The notes below the pieces were generated by a model. The model was not told the DNA's origin and did not search any database. It saw only the letters and a list, made by a program, of their open reading frames with translations. 64,000 bases of DNA from an uncultured Solirubrobacterales bacterium. GTDB taxonomy: Bacteria > Actinomycetota > Thermoleophilia > Solirubrobacterales > Solirubrobacteraceae. The translations under genes and the position numbers were made by a program. Positions within the stretch are counted from its first letter, which is position 1. Every line of letters begins with the position of its first letter. Below are positions 1 through 9,038 of this stretch, one piece after another. The stretch lies in contig CAVRYX010000001.1 of the NCBI GenBank assembly GCA_963725535.1, positions 75,540 through 139,539 of the forward strand. Reading direction: 5' to 3'.

Positions 1-780
1 CGCCTGGGCGATCGCGAACGCCTGGCCGGGCCCGCCGACGATCGCGTTCGCGGGCAGGCGCACGTCGGTGAAGGAGACCTCGCCGTGCCCGCCGGGGGCG
101 TCGTCGAAACCCATCGTGGAGAGCATCCGCTCGACCTTCACACCCGGGGAGTCGAGCGGGACGAGCACCATCGAGTGCTGGTGGTAGCGGTCGGCTGCGG
201 GGTCGGTGAGACCCATGAAGATCGCCACCCTGCAGCGGGGGTGCCCGACGCCGGTGCTCCACCACTTGCGCCCGTTGACCACGACCTCCTCGCCCTCGAG
301 CGTCGCGGTCGCCTGCATGTTGGTCGCGTCGGAGGAGGCCACGTCGGGCTCGGTCATGCAGAACGCCGAGCGGATCTCCCCGTCGAGCAGCGGCACAAGC
401 CAGCGCTCGTGCTGCTCGGGGGAGCCGAAGTGCAGCAGCACCTCCATGTTGCCGGTGTCTGGGGCGTTGCAGTTGCACACCTCGGAGGCGATCAGCGAGC
501 GGCCCATGCGCTCCGCCAGCGGGGCGTACTCGACGTTCGAGAGCTCCGCGCCCTGGACGCGGCCGCCGAGCACGGGGCTGCCGGGCAGGAACAGGTTCCA
601 GAGGCCCTCCGCGCGGGCCTTCGCCTTGAGCTCCTCGATCGCCGGGTGCACGACCCACGGGTTTGCGCTCGCGAGAATCTCCCGGTGGTAGGGCTCCTCG
701 CGGGGGGTCACCTCGCGCTCGAGGAACGCGCTCAGGCGCTCCAGCAGCTCGCTCGCTCGGGGGGAGTGCTCGAAGTCCAT
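1..780 (-). CDS. acyl-CoA dehydrogenase family protein, N-terminal ~260 aa (3' end runs off window)
   Basis: Own translation of the minus strand from ATG at 778-780: MDFEHSPRASELLERLSAFLEREV...CMTEPDVASSDATNM...NGRKWWSTG, typical ACAD N/middle domain. ATGA overlap with the stop of the upstream qor-like gene. Absent from the ORF track because it is open at the window edge. Confidence 0.8.
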   Translation of the reverse strand, partial: MDFEHSPRASELLERLSAFLEREVTPREEPYHREILASANPWVVHPAIEELKAKARAEGLWNLFLPGSPVLGGRVQGAELSNVEYAPLAERMGRSLIASEVCNCNAPDTGNMEVLLHFGSPEQHERWLVPLLDGEIRSAFCMTEPDVASSDATNMQATATLEGEEVVVNGRKWWSTGVGHPRCRVAIFMGLTDPAADRYHQHSMVLVPLDSPGVKVERMLSTMGFDDAPGGHGEVSFTDVRLPANAIVGGPGQAFAIAQA

Positions 781-1790
781 CACCGCACCTCGAGGACGAC
801 CTTGCCGGTGGCGCGCCGCTCGTCGATCTCCCGCAGCGCCTCGGCGGCGCGCTCCAGCGGGAAGCGCGCACCGACCAGCGGACGCACGAAGCCCCCGTCA
901 ATCAGACGGGCGAGCTGCTCGCCGATCTCGCGGCAGAGCTCTGGGCGAGCGAGCGCGTAGGCGCCCCAGCCAGCGCCGACCACCTCGACGTTGCCGAGCA
1001 GCAGCCGGTTGACGCGCACCTCGGGGATCGAGCCGCCGGTGAACCCGACCACGACGAGGCGCCCATCGGGGCGCAGCGAGCGCAGGCTGTCGGTGAAGCG
1101 CTCGCCGCCGACGGGGTCGAGTACGACGTCCACGCCGCCGCCGGTGAGCGCCTTCGCCTCGTCCTTCCAGGGGCCGTCGCAGCGCAGCACCTCACCGGCG
1201 CCCGCAGCGCGTGCGACCTCCTCCTTCGCGTCGGAGGAGACGACCGCGATCGTGCCCGCACCGAGGCCGGCAGCGACCTGCAGCGCCGCGGTGCCGACCC
1301 CGCCGGCGGCTCCGTGCACGAGCACGGTCTCTCCCTCCCGCAGGCGTCCGCGTAGGGCGAGCGCGAAAAAGGCCGTGTGGTAGTTGAGGATCAGCGCCGC
1401 GCCCTGCGCGAAGTCGAGCACGTCCGGCAGGGGGAAGGTCAGGAAGGGGGGCGCGACGGCGACCTCGGCGAAGCCGCCGAGCGCACAGAACGCGGCTACG
1501 CGCTCACCCACGGCGGGCGTGTGGAAGCCCGATCCCTGCCCGTCCCCGGCGGGCGCGCTGCGCACCACCCCGGCGACCTCGCTGCCCGGGACGAACGGCA
1601 GCGGCGGTTTGAGCTGGTACTCGCCGCGCGTCTGGAGTACCTCCGGGAAGGAGACGCCGGCGGCGTGCACGTCGATCACGACGCCGCCCTTCGGGCTCAG
1701 GGGATTCGACGAGCTCTCGGGCTCGGGCAGGTCGAGTAGTCGCAGCGCGCCTGCCGGGCCGCTGAGCTCCACGATCTGAACCGCTCTCAT
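780..1790 (-). CDS. NADPH:quinone oxidoreductase / zinc-type alcohol dehydrogenase (MDR) family
   Basis: ORF 780..1829; start set at MRAVQIVELSGP (ATG 1788-1790) preceded by AGGAGA. Shows MDR fold motifs (GSEVAGVV, VLVHGAAGGVGTAALQ). Confidence 0.85.
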   Translation of the reverse strand: MRAVQIVELSGPAGALRLLDLPEPESSSNPLSPKGGVVIDVHAAGVSFPEVLQTRGEYQLKPPLPFVPGSEVAGVVRSAPAGDGQGSGFHTPAVGERVAAFCALGGFAEVAVAPPFLTFPLPDVLDFAQGAALILNYHTAFFALALRGRLREGETVLVHGAAGGVGTAALQVAAGLGAGTIAVVSSDAKEEVARAAGAGEVLRCDGPWKDEAKALTGGGVDVVLDPVGGERFTDSLRSLRPDGRLVVVGFTGGSIPEVRVNRLLLGNVEVVGAGWGAYALARPELCREIGEQLARLIDGGFVRPLVGARFPLERAAEALREIDERRATGKVVLEVR

Positions 1791-1861
1791 CGCATCTCCT
1801 CTGTGCCGTCGCGGGAGGGGAGGGCACATTCAACACGCTTGGGACGCGCGGGGGGCTGCCC

Positions 1862-2686
1862 TTACCCTTGCTGTGGGCAGGGCACGGTGGTGTGGGCGGC
1901 GGCGTGGGGGGCGTGCTGGAAGGTGAAGCGGGCGGCGAACTTGAAGCCGCCGGGGGGGCAGGTGCGCGGCAGGACGATGCCGCGGGGGTGGTAGGGGAGG
2001 TAGCGTCCGCGGACGCGTTCGTAGTAGGTGAGGTGCTCGGGGCCGATTGTGGTTGAGAGTTTTACGACGGAGGCATCGGGCGCTCCGGGGAGTGTGGGGA
2101 CGAGCGGGATCGTGGTGGAGAGGTTCCCGCCGTAGGGGTCGGAGGCGGGGAGCACGAGCCCAGGGAAGACGATCTGCGCGGAGACGGGGGTGTAGCCGAC
2201 GGCGTAGAAGACGAGCCCCAGGTGACCGTGGTTGAGGTGGGCCATGAAGACTCTGGTGGTTGTGGTCTCCTGCAGGGTCTCGGGGCCGAAGGGGACCTCC
2301 ACGAGTCCTTCGCCGTAGCCCATCTGGGACTCGGAGGGGCAGCCTTCGGGGCCGAGGTTTTCGAGGGTCGTGGCGGTGCAGGTGGCGAGGCCGAGGCCGC
2401 TGGTGGCGAGGCCGAGGTTCGCGGGGTAGAGCAGTTCGACGCCGGTGAGGGGGGAGGGCACGTGGCCGGTGGGCGTGGAGACGGTGAACGCGAAGGCGAT
2501 CGTGGTGCCCGCGCCGAGCCGCTCAGGCGTGAGCGAGGCGTGGAGCTTGACCGTTTGGGCAGCGCCGGCGGCGGCCGGCAGGCACGCGCAGAAGAGGAGC
2601 ACAAACGCGGCCGGCGCGACGGTGAGGAGCGTTCGGATTTCGAAGACGGTTCTCCTCATACCTGCATAAACATACACCTTCGACAT
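1862..2686 (-). CDS. secreted hypothetical protein (signal peptide)
   Basis: 274-aa ORF with hydrophobic N-terminus (LLTVAPAAFVLLFCACLPAAAGA) and non-repetitive composition. No family recognised. Start may be the internal ATG at 2659. Confidence 0.55.
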   Translation of the reverse strand: MSKVYVYAGMRRTVFEIRTLLTVAPAAFVLLFCACLPAAAGAAQTVKLHASLTPERLGAGTTIAFAFTVSTPTGHVPSPLTGVELLYPANLGLATSGLGLATCTATTLENLGPEGCPSESQMGYGEGLVEVPFGPETLQETTTTRVFMAHLNHGHLGLVFYAVGYTPVSAQIVFPGLVLPASDPYGGNLSTTIPLVPTLPGAPDASVVKLSTTIGPEHLTYYERVRGRYLPYHPRGIVLPRTCPPGGFKFAARFTFQHAPHAAAHTTVPCPQQG

Positions 2687-2809
2687 CCCGTCTAGCAGGT
2701 CTGTTTCTGACTATTGTCTGTTGCTACGCGCCCAGCCGGCGACTCGCGACGCTGGCCGCCCACCGAGCTCGCCCGGGACTACACCAAGGTGGCTGGAGCC
2801 AGTCCCGGC

Positions 2810-3688
2810 TCAGCCTCTGACGATCTGCGGCGTGGGCTGGCCGCGTTCGATGCGGGTCCGCTCGACGGCGGCGACTCCCTCCAACTCGGGCACGCAGGAG
2901 CCCCGCAGCTGCGAGTCGGGCGCCAACGGGCGCACGAGCCGTGCCGCGGCGAGCGCCACGCGGCAGCCCGCCGCGTGCGCGGGGGTGTAGCGCAGGCCGT
3001 ACAGCTCCCGCACCCGCGGTGGCAGCGAGCCGAGCATCACGAGATCGTGGACACGTTTGGCGAGCAGCCGCGAGGGCGCCGTGGGGATCTGGAAGGCCGA
3101 GGCGTGACCCATGTAGCGGGCCTCCTCGGTGAGGAACAGGTCGGGGCCCGCGAGCTGGCGCTCGTACCACGCGCGGAACTCCCGGTAGGTGGGTGGCAGG
3201 CTCTCGCGGGGAGCGCGGAAGAGCTCCGCGAAACGGACGTAGTCCTGCCACAGAGCTTCGCGCTCGCTGTCGGCCAAGGGGCCGACGAGGTGCTCGTAGA
3301 ACCACTGCGCCGAGTCGGCGATCACGGCGACCGTCCACAGCATCAACGCGGGATCGAGCGCCGCGTAGGGAGTGCCGGCCGGGTAGTGGGGGCCCGCGTC
3401 CTCGGGGAGCGAGCCGACCACACGCTCGTGCATGCGGTGGGTGGCCGCAAGCACACGGTCGGCCTCGGCGCGGGGGCCGAAGAAGACCGCCTCGAACATC
3501 GCGCCGGTGTGGGTGATGCGCCGGAAGGGGTTCAGCTTGTTGTGCGTGTGCAGGGAGGTCCCCATGTAGTTGAGGGGCTTCAGCGCGCCGATGCACAGCG
3601 CGCGCTGCCCGTACATGAGGCCCACCGCCTTCTCTTCGTGTACCCGTCGCAGCAGCGAGCGCCCACGCGGGAAGTAGCCGTCGTCCAC
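2810..3688 (-). CDS. DUF2236 / MpaB-type oxygenase family protein
   Basis: ORF 2810..3820. Conserved N-terminal pattern DDGYFPRGRSLLRRVHEE...GQRALCIGALKP typical of DUF2236. Start placed at in-frame GTG 3686-3688. Confidence 0.7.
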   Translation of the reverse strand: MDDGYFPRGRSLLRRVHEEKAVGLMYGQRALCIGALKPLNYMGTSLHTHNKLNPFRRITHTGAMFEAVFFGPRAEADRVLAATHRMHERVVGSLPEDAGPHYPAGTPYAALDPALMLWTVAVIADSAQWFYEHLVGPLADSEREALWQDYVRFAELFRAPRESLPPTYREFRAWYERQLAGPDLFLTEEARYMGHASAFQIPTAPSRLLAKRVHDLVMLGSLPPRVRELYGLRYTPAHAAGCRVALAAARLVRPLAPDSQLRGSCVPELEGVAAVERTRIERGQPTPQIVRG

Positions 3689-3812
3689 GCCCCCAACTCT
3701 AACTACGCCTCGTCGTGACTGGCGGCGGGCCGGAGTCACACTCAGGAGAGGGCGGGAGGCGCCAACGCGCGCGTGGGCAGGCAGCGCCACGGGGGCCAGC
3801 GGAACTCGCGGC

Positions 3813-4625
3813 CTACGCACGCTCCCACGCGGCGAGGCGTACCAGCGTCCCGGCGTTGACGGCCCGCGCGGTGAGGATGCAGGTGTGGCCGGCTTCGCGC
3901 CAGGTCACGACCGTCGGGGCGGCTGCCCTCACGACGTGGAAGCTGACGCCGTGACGCTCGATCGTGGCACTCCCAGCCGGGACCGGCAGCGCGGCGCCGG
4001 AGACGATCGAGTACCAGACGCGCCCCGTACCGCGGTGGGTGTAGAAGACCGTTGTGACGGTGCGCCCGGCGACGGTGTCGGTGCGGGCGCCGGCCGCCTG
4101 CCAACCGAACCGGTCGCCCCAGTAGGGGAAGGCGATCCCCGCGGCGGAGGCCGCGAGCAGGTTGGGGTTGTGGGGGCTCTTCGCTGGGACGGGCTGCGTG
4201 GAGGGACCGAGCCCCGAGCTGGAGGCCTGCAGCAGAGTGGGTGCGGTGGTGGGGGTGCCCGAGCCGCCCGCGGTCAGCGCCAGGACCACCGCCACCACCG
4301 CGGCCGCCGCCAGCGCCACGGCGGCGCCCGCCTGCAGCCGCAGAGGCACGGTGCGCCGCCGGCGGGGAGGGCTCGTGGAGCGGGTGTTCCCAGGTTCCTC
4401 TCCACCGGCCGTCGAAGTCTCGATCGAGCGGCGCAGCAGGGAGGGCGCCTCGACGCTCTCCAGCGAGCGCATGATCGCCACGGCGCGGCGCTGGCGCTCG
4501 AGCTCGGCGGCCAGGTCGGGTGAGTCGGCGAGGAGCGCGAGCAGCTGCTCACGCTGCGCAGCCGGCAGCGTGCCGTCGGCGAGCGCGGCCAGCGCGGCGT
4601 GGGTGTCCTCGGGCTTGCGGCTCAT
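3813..4625 (-). CDS. anti-sigma factor (single TM, extracytoplasmic domain)
   Basis: Real start MSRKPEDTHAALAALADG at ATG 4623-4625, in ATGA overlap with the sigma-factor stop. TM segment AAVALAAAAVVAVVLAL. The rest of the 487-aa track ORF is out-of-frame overlap with the sigma gene. Confidence 0.65.
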   Translation of the reverse strand: MSRKPEDTHAALAALADGTLPAAQREQLLALLADSPDLAAELERQRRAVAIMRSLESVEAPSLLRRSIETSTAGGEEPGNTRSTSPPRRRRTVPLRLQAGAAVALAAAAVVAVVLALTAGGSGTPTTAPTLLQASSSGLGPSTQPVPAKSPHNPNLLAASAAGIAFPYWGDRFGWQAAGARTDTVAGRTVTTVFYTHRGTGRVWYSIVSGAALPVPAGSATIERHGVSFHVVRAAAPTVVTWREAGHTCILTARAVNAGTLVRLAAWERA

Positions 4626-5179
4626 AGGGGCCCTTGTTGAGTAAGACTCCGCGGAGGCGGCTGACCTTCCCGTTGCAGGTCGGTCTCCTCCTCGCCTGTG
4701 AGCCTGCGGGCCACCTGCTCGCGGGCGCGGAAGACTCGCGTGGCGATCGTCGCCTCGCGGGTCTCGAGGACGCCCGCGGCCTCGCGGTAGGAGAGCCCGA
4801 CGACGTCCACAGCGACCAGCGCGAGGCGGTAGCGCTCGGGCAGCGAGGCGATCACGGCGAAGACCTCCTTGGCCTGGAGGGCCTCCTCGGGGCGCGCCCC
4901 GGTGCGAGGGTCCACCGGTTCGAGGTCCTCGAGCGGAGTGGCGCCGGTACGCGGGCGTCGCGCCGCGGTGCGGCGCTCGGTGAGGAAGGTGTTGCGCAGC
5001 ACCGTCATCAGGTAGGCGAGCTCGTCGTGGCCGCGCAGCCGCCGGGGCCGCGCGAGGACGCGCGCGAACGTCTCCTGCACGAGGTCCTCCGCGTCGTGGG
5101 GCGAGCCGCACAGAGCCCACGCCGCGCGGTAGAGACGGTCGAGGTGGCGCGGTAGCGACTGGGGGTCGAGCGCAGGCAC
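4622..5179 (-). CDS. ECF-type RNA polymerase sigma-70 factor
   Basis: 185 aa; region 2 (DAEDLVQETFARVL) and region 4 (LPERYRLALVAVDVVGLSYREAAGVLETREATIATRVFRAR). Confidence 0.9.
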   Translation of the reverse strand: MPALDPQSLPRHLDRLYRAAWALCGSPHDAEDLVQETFARVLARPRRLRGHDELAYLMTVLRNTFLTERRTAARRPRTGATPLEDLEPVDPRTGARPEEALQAKEVFAVIASLPERYRLALVAVDVVGLSYREAAGVLETREATIATRVFRAREQVARRLTGEEETDLQREGQPPPRSLTQQGPL

Positions 5180-5307
5180 CAGGCACGACTGTAGCGGCCA
5201 GTCCGCCGGGTGGTGAAAGGTTTGTTCCGGTTGTGGAGTCTGGAGGTGTGAAGGTGTGAAGCAGCGCCAACGTCAAGTAGCGTCAACCAACGACTCAGGA
5301 GGTCAGG

Positions 5308-5847
5308 GTGCGACACCCGTCCACGTTTGCAGCAGCCACCCTCGCAGCTGCCGGACTCGCCTTCGCAGGCTGCGGCTCGAGTTCGAGCAAAACCGAAGCG
5401 AGCGGCTACTCCTCGGCGGCCACGTCCGCGTCACAGAAGGCGGCCGCCGCGACGTCGAGCGCCAGCGCCTCGGCCGCCACCGGGACGGCGGTGACGACCG
5501 TGCACACAAGCCTCGGCACGATCCTCGCCGCGGGCCCGAAGCGACTGACGGTGTACCTGTTCGCGGCGGACACCGGCGCGGCTTCCACGTGCTCGGGCGC
5601 GTGCGCGCAGGTGTGGCCTCCGGTGACCACCAGCGGCGCCCCAAAGGCCGAAGGCGCTGCGGTGGCGGCGGACCTGGGCACGATCACCCGTGCGGACGGG
5701 ACCAAACAGCTCACCTACAAGGGCCACCCGCTCTACTACTACGTGAGCGACCAGCAGTCGGGTGAAACCACGGGTCAGGGTGTCAACGGCTTCGGCGCAC
5801 TGTGGTACGTACTGTCTCCTCAGGGGAACAAGGTCGAAAACTCCTAG
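5308..5847 (+). CDS. lipoprotein, COG4315-like (Y-x-x-D repeat) family
   Basis: Lipobox LAFAGC; C-terminal motifs TYKGHPLYYYVSD and WYVLSP typical of this secreted-repeat family; AGGAGG upstream of GTG. Confidence 0.75.
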   Translation: MRHPSTFAAATLAAAGLAFAGCGSSSSKTEASGYSSAATSASQKAAAATSSASASAATGTAVTTVHTSLGTILAAGPKRLTVYLFAADTGAASTCSGACAQVWPPVTTSGAPKAEGAAVAADLGTITRADGTKQLTYKGHPLYYYVSDQQSGETTGQGVNGFGALWYVLSPQGNKVENS

Positions 5848-5869
5848 AAGGGCGGGAGGACGAGCAGAG

Positions 5870-6193
5870 ATGCACACCATCAAGATGCGCGCGGTGCTCG
5901 CGGTGCTCGCCGTGAGCGCGATTGTCCTACCGGTGGGCGCGCGCGGCGCGAGCTCACACGAGGTGGTGCTCAAAGGGCTGCGGTTCCACCCGAGCACGAT
6001 CACGGTCAACCCCGGTGAAAGCGTGACGTGGGTGTGGGAGGACGGCGACATCGCGCACAACGTGACCGGCGGCAGCTTCCGCTCGCGCACGCAGGCGCAC
6101 GGCTCGTTCACGGTGCGGTTCACGCACGCGGGGACGTTCAACTACCGCTGCACGATCCACGAAGGGATGGTCGGCAAGGTGGTCGTTCGCTGA
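5870..6193 (+). CDS. cupredoxin (plastocyanin/amicyanin-like blue copper protein)
   Basis: Signal peptide, then HEVVLKGLRFHPSTITVNPGESVTW...H..., and C-terminal ligand motif YRCTIHEGM (Cys-x2-His-x2-Met). Confidence 0.8.
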   Translation: MHTIKMRAVLAVLAVSAIVLPVGARGASSHEVVLKGLRFHPSTITVNPGESVTWVWEDGDIAHNVTGGSFRSRTQAHGSFTVRFTHAGTFNYRCTIHEGMVGKVVVR

Positions 6194-6325
6194 GCGAGGC
6201 CGCCCGCGCACCAGGAGGGCGCCGCCGGCCGTGGGAAGAATCGTGCAGCGCCGGCACGTCGGGAAGAATCGAGCGGCCCTCGGAGTCACAGGTGTCGAAG
6301 GAGCCCCTGTCAGGGCGCAGTACCC

Positions 6326-6360
6326 GGTGAGCGGCCGCCAAGGAACGGCGGCCGCTCACC
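6326..6360. terminator. perfect 14-bp GC hairpin downstream of the cupredoxin gene
   Basis: GGTGAGCGGCCGCC-aaggaac-GGCGGCCGCTCACC. No clear U-tract, so the terminator role is tentative. Confidence 0.35.
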
Positions 6361-6371
6361 GGCCGGACTGA

Positions 6372-6538
6372 GGGTCTATCCCTCTAGGGTCGCACGCCTG
6401 GATACGGCCGATGGCCTTACCCCTCCGGGACCCGTCACCGCGGCCTCGACGTGGGCCCACCACGCCTTCGGCCTTGCGTCCGCGCCTCGCTCGACCCTCG
6501 ACCGCCCCTCCGCACGCCCTATCGAGATAGACCCTTCG
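6372..6538 (-). repeat. family-1 ~165-bp structured repeat, copy A (inverted relative to copies B-D)
   Basis: Near-identical core to 20301-20467, 52171-52303 and 62035-62195. Terminal stem GGTCTATCTC/GGGATAGACC. Supplies the last codons and stop of the ferredoxin gene. Confidence 0.85.
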
Positions 6539-6734
6539 AGCTCTCGACGAGCAGCGCGAAGGTGGGGCAAGCAAGGGCGGCGCGACGGGCGTGGGCGAGT
6601 AGCTCGGGGGGAAGGGGGCTGCCGTCGAGCAGCGGGTAGCCCCACTCGTCGAGGGAGATGCGCTCGGGCAGCAGCTCGGCGCACATCCCGTGCGCCTCGC
6701 AAGCGATGGGGTTGACGCGCAGGCGGTGGCTCAT
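6519..6734 (-). CDS. small ferredoxin (single Fe-S cluster type)
   Basis: 71 aa, MSHRLRVNPIACEAHGMCAELLPE...ACP, typical of actinobacterial Fer4-type ferredoxins. ATGA overlap with the upstream NuoF-like gene. Confidence 0.75.
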   Translation of the reverse strand: MSHRLRVNPIACEAHGMCAELLPERISLDEWGYPLLDGSPLPPELLAHARRAALACPTFALLVESSKGLSR

Positions 6735-8251
6735 CGGCGTGAGGGACTCGCGAGGCGGGGCAGCGGAGCAGACCCAGCCTCTCGCCGCGCGGGCGCGCGA
6801 GTTGCTGAGGAGCGGGCTCGGTCTCCGTTGCCGTCACGGACCGCGGTGCGGGGGCGAGGCAGCTCGGAGGGCCGGGCACAGGCGGCGCAGGGGCCGTGGT
6901 GGGCGTGGTCGGTGAGCTCCTCGGCGAACACGTCGAGGGCGCTCGCGACGAGGCGGGCAGCGCCGTCGGGGTGCGAGCAGGCGCCGCGGCGGTTGACGAG
7001 GCCGGCGAGGGTCGCGATGCGAGTGATGGCACCCCTCCCACCCCGCTCACCGGGGGTACCCCCGCGCACGAGCTGCTCGAACGCGGCGGCGAGGGCGTCG
7101 AGGCCGAACACGCAGGGCCCGCACTGGCGGGCGGACTGCCCGGCGAGCCAGCGCACGAGACGGGCCATCTCGGCGACGGGACAGGCGGTGGCGGAGAGCA
7201 GCACGACGACACCGGCGCCGAGCGTCGCTCCGTGGGGGGCGAGGTGCTCGTCGGAGAGCGCCACGCCGCGCAGCAGCGAGGCGTCGAGCCAGGTGCCGGC
7301 GTAACCGCCGAGCAGCACGGCCCGCAGCGGCGCGGTGGCGCCCTCGGCGGCGTCGAGTAGGGCGGTGAGGGGGGAGCCGTGCTCGAGCTCGTAGACACCG
7401 GGAAAGGCGACTGGCCCGGAGAGCGTGACCAGCGCGGACCCGGGCTGCGCGGGTGTCCCGAGCTCGCGAAACCAGTCCGGCCCGTGCCGCGCGAGCAGCG
7501 CGAGGTGGGCGAGCGTCTCGACGTTTGAGACCAGCGTGGGCCGTCCCCGCACCCCGCGGGCGGAGGGCCGCGGTGGGGTGAAGGTGGGCAGCGGGGCGCC
7601 GCCACCGAGCAAGGAGACGAGCGCGGACTCCTGCCCGGCGACGTAACGAGAGGGCACTGCGACCAACTGAACGGTAGGCACCCCGCGGCGAGGGGCCCCC
7701 CGCTCGGCGAGCGCGAGCGCGCAGGCGTCGAGCGCGGAGGGGGCAGACTCACAGACACCGAGAAGGATCTCGTGCGCTCCCACGGTGGCGGCGGCTAGCA
7801 GGGCGCCGTCGAGCACGAGGTGGGGGAGAGAGCGCAGCAGCGTGCGGTCCTTGGCGCTCGCGGGCTCGCCCTCGGCGCCGTTGACGACCACGACGGGCCG
7901 GCCGCCGAGGGGGGAGCGGGAGGCGCCGGCGACCGCGCGAAGCTTGGTGGCAAGGGGAAAGCCCGCCCCACCACGGCCACACAGCCCGGCGGCCTCAACG
8001 AGCTCGATCAGATCAGGAGACCCGCGCCGCCCACGGGATGGAGGGCTTGCCAACCCCGCGGGCAGTGCCCCGTGCAGGTCGAGGTGGGCGCTGAGGGAGA
8101 GCGCCCCGCGGGTGGGGATCCCGGCGAGCAGCCGCGGTAGCCCGGCCGGCAGACCGTCGGGCCCCGGGCCGTCGGAGCCGGCGGGGACGAGGGAGCGCTC
8201 GGCGAGCCGTCCGTAGCCGCTCACAGCGAATCCCTGGCCGGCCTCGCCCAC
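6731..8251 (-). CDS. NuoF-like NADH dehydrogenase (51-kDa subunit family) protein
   Basis: GRGGAGFPLATKLRAV, VVVVNGAEGEPASAKDRTLL and the Cys motif ARQCGPCVFG, characteristic of the NuoF FMN/NADH/4Fe-4S module. Exact start uncertain. Confidence 0.8.
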   Translation of the reverse strand: MGEAGQGFAVSGYGRLAERSLVPAGSDGPGPDGLPAGLPRLLAGIPTRGALSLSAHLDLHGALPAGLASPPSRGRRGSPDLIELVEAAGLCGRGGAGFPLATKLRAVAGASRSPLGGRPVVVVNGAEGEPASAKDRTLLRSLPHLVLDGALLAAATVGAHEILLGVCESAPSALDACALALAERGAPRRGVPTVQLVAVPSRYVAGQESALVSLLGGGAPLPTFTPPRPSARGVRGRPTLVSNVETLAHLALLARHGPDWFRELGTPAQPGSALVTLSGPVAFPGVYELEHGSPLTALLDAAEGATAPLRAVLLGGYAGTWLDASLLRGVALSDEHLAPHGATLGAGVVVLLSATACPVAEMARLVRWLAGQSARQCGPCVFGLDALAAAFEQLVRGGTPGERGGRGAITRIATLAGLVNRRGACSHPDGAARLVASALDVFAEELTDHAHHGPCAACARPSELPRPRTAVRDGNGDRARSSATRAPARREAGSAPLPRLASPSRR

Positions 8252-8258
8252 CGCCGTC

Positions 8259-9038
8259 TCACGGGCTCACCACGATGCGGGAGGAGGAGCGGGACGCGGA
8301 GGAGCGGCCCAGCAGCGAGGCGGGGGTCCCGGAGCGCCGCGCCCATTCTGTGCCGAGCGGCCCGGAGGGCAACCACAGCAGGAGGCCCACGGTGAAGACG
8401 GCAGTGCCCCCGAGCGCGAGGCCGCGTACGCGCGCGGGCGCCGCGGTCCAGGAGCCGAGCGTGCGCACGACCACGGCAGTGACAACAACCGCCAGGCAGG
8501 CGACAGACAGCACCAGCAGCCACGTGGACCGGACGTCCGAGCCGGTGCCAAGCGTGTGCAGCAGCGCCACCGGCCAGCAGGCGTAGGCCAGCCAGTGCGT
8601 GGCGCGCCAGCCGCGAGCCCCGACGCGGGTGCGCAGCAGGCTCGTGAGGATCACGGCGAGCACCAGGTCGAACGCGACGGCCCCGAGCCCCAGCCAGAAG
8701 GGCCGGTAGGAGCTCACGAACGGCACGAAGGCCGCGAGCAGCGAGATCGGCGCGAACGTGTCGAGCACGGCGGTGAGGATGTGCAGCACGAGGAACACGA
8801 GCGCGAGCAGCGAGACGGAGCGGTGCAGGCCGTCCACGACGAACCGCGGCCAGCGCGGCGAGGACCAGCGCCGCACGTCGGCGACGCCGAGCGCGACAGC
8901 GAGCGTCAGGAGCAGCAACGCGACGGCGCCGGTGGACCGGGTGAGGTACCAGTCGAGCGACGGGCCGACCGAGGCGAGGGGGGAGAGGGGGAGAGGAGGG
9001 GGGTCATAGGGGATCGTCCACGTGTGTGGGTGTCCCAA
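8259..9038 (-). CDS. ferric-reductase-like (MsrQ/YedZ-type) transmembrane heme-b protein
   Basis: Six predicted TM helices with conserved His (LHRSVSLLALVFLVLHIL; THWLAYACWPVALLHTL). The only in-frame start is TTG 9036-9038, which lies inside repeat family 2 copy a. Confidence 0.7.
   Translation of the reverse strand: MGHPHTWTIPYDPPPLPLSPLASVGPSLDWYLTRSTGAVALLLLTLAVALGVADVRRWSSPRWPRFVVDGLHRSVSLLALVFLVLHILTAVLDTFAPISLLAAFVPFVSSYRPFWLGLGAVAFDLVLAVILTSLLRTRVGARGWRATHWLAYACWPVALLHTLGTGSDVRSTWLLVLSVACLAVVVTAVVVRTLGSWTAAPARVRGLALGGTAVFTVGLLLWLPSGPLGTEWARRSGTPASLLGRSSASRSSSRIVVSP

Noticed and set aside
4626-5276. N-terminal extension of the 487-aa track ORF 3813..5276
   Set aside because: It overlaps the ECF sigma gene out of frame. 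The anti-sigma factor starts at ATG 4625, with an ATGA overlap.
6376-7758. 460-aa minus-strand ORF overlapping the NuoF-like gene in another frame
   Set aside because: It is a Pro/Ser/Arg-rich low-complexity translation. The NuoF-like frame carries the conserved motifs.
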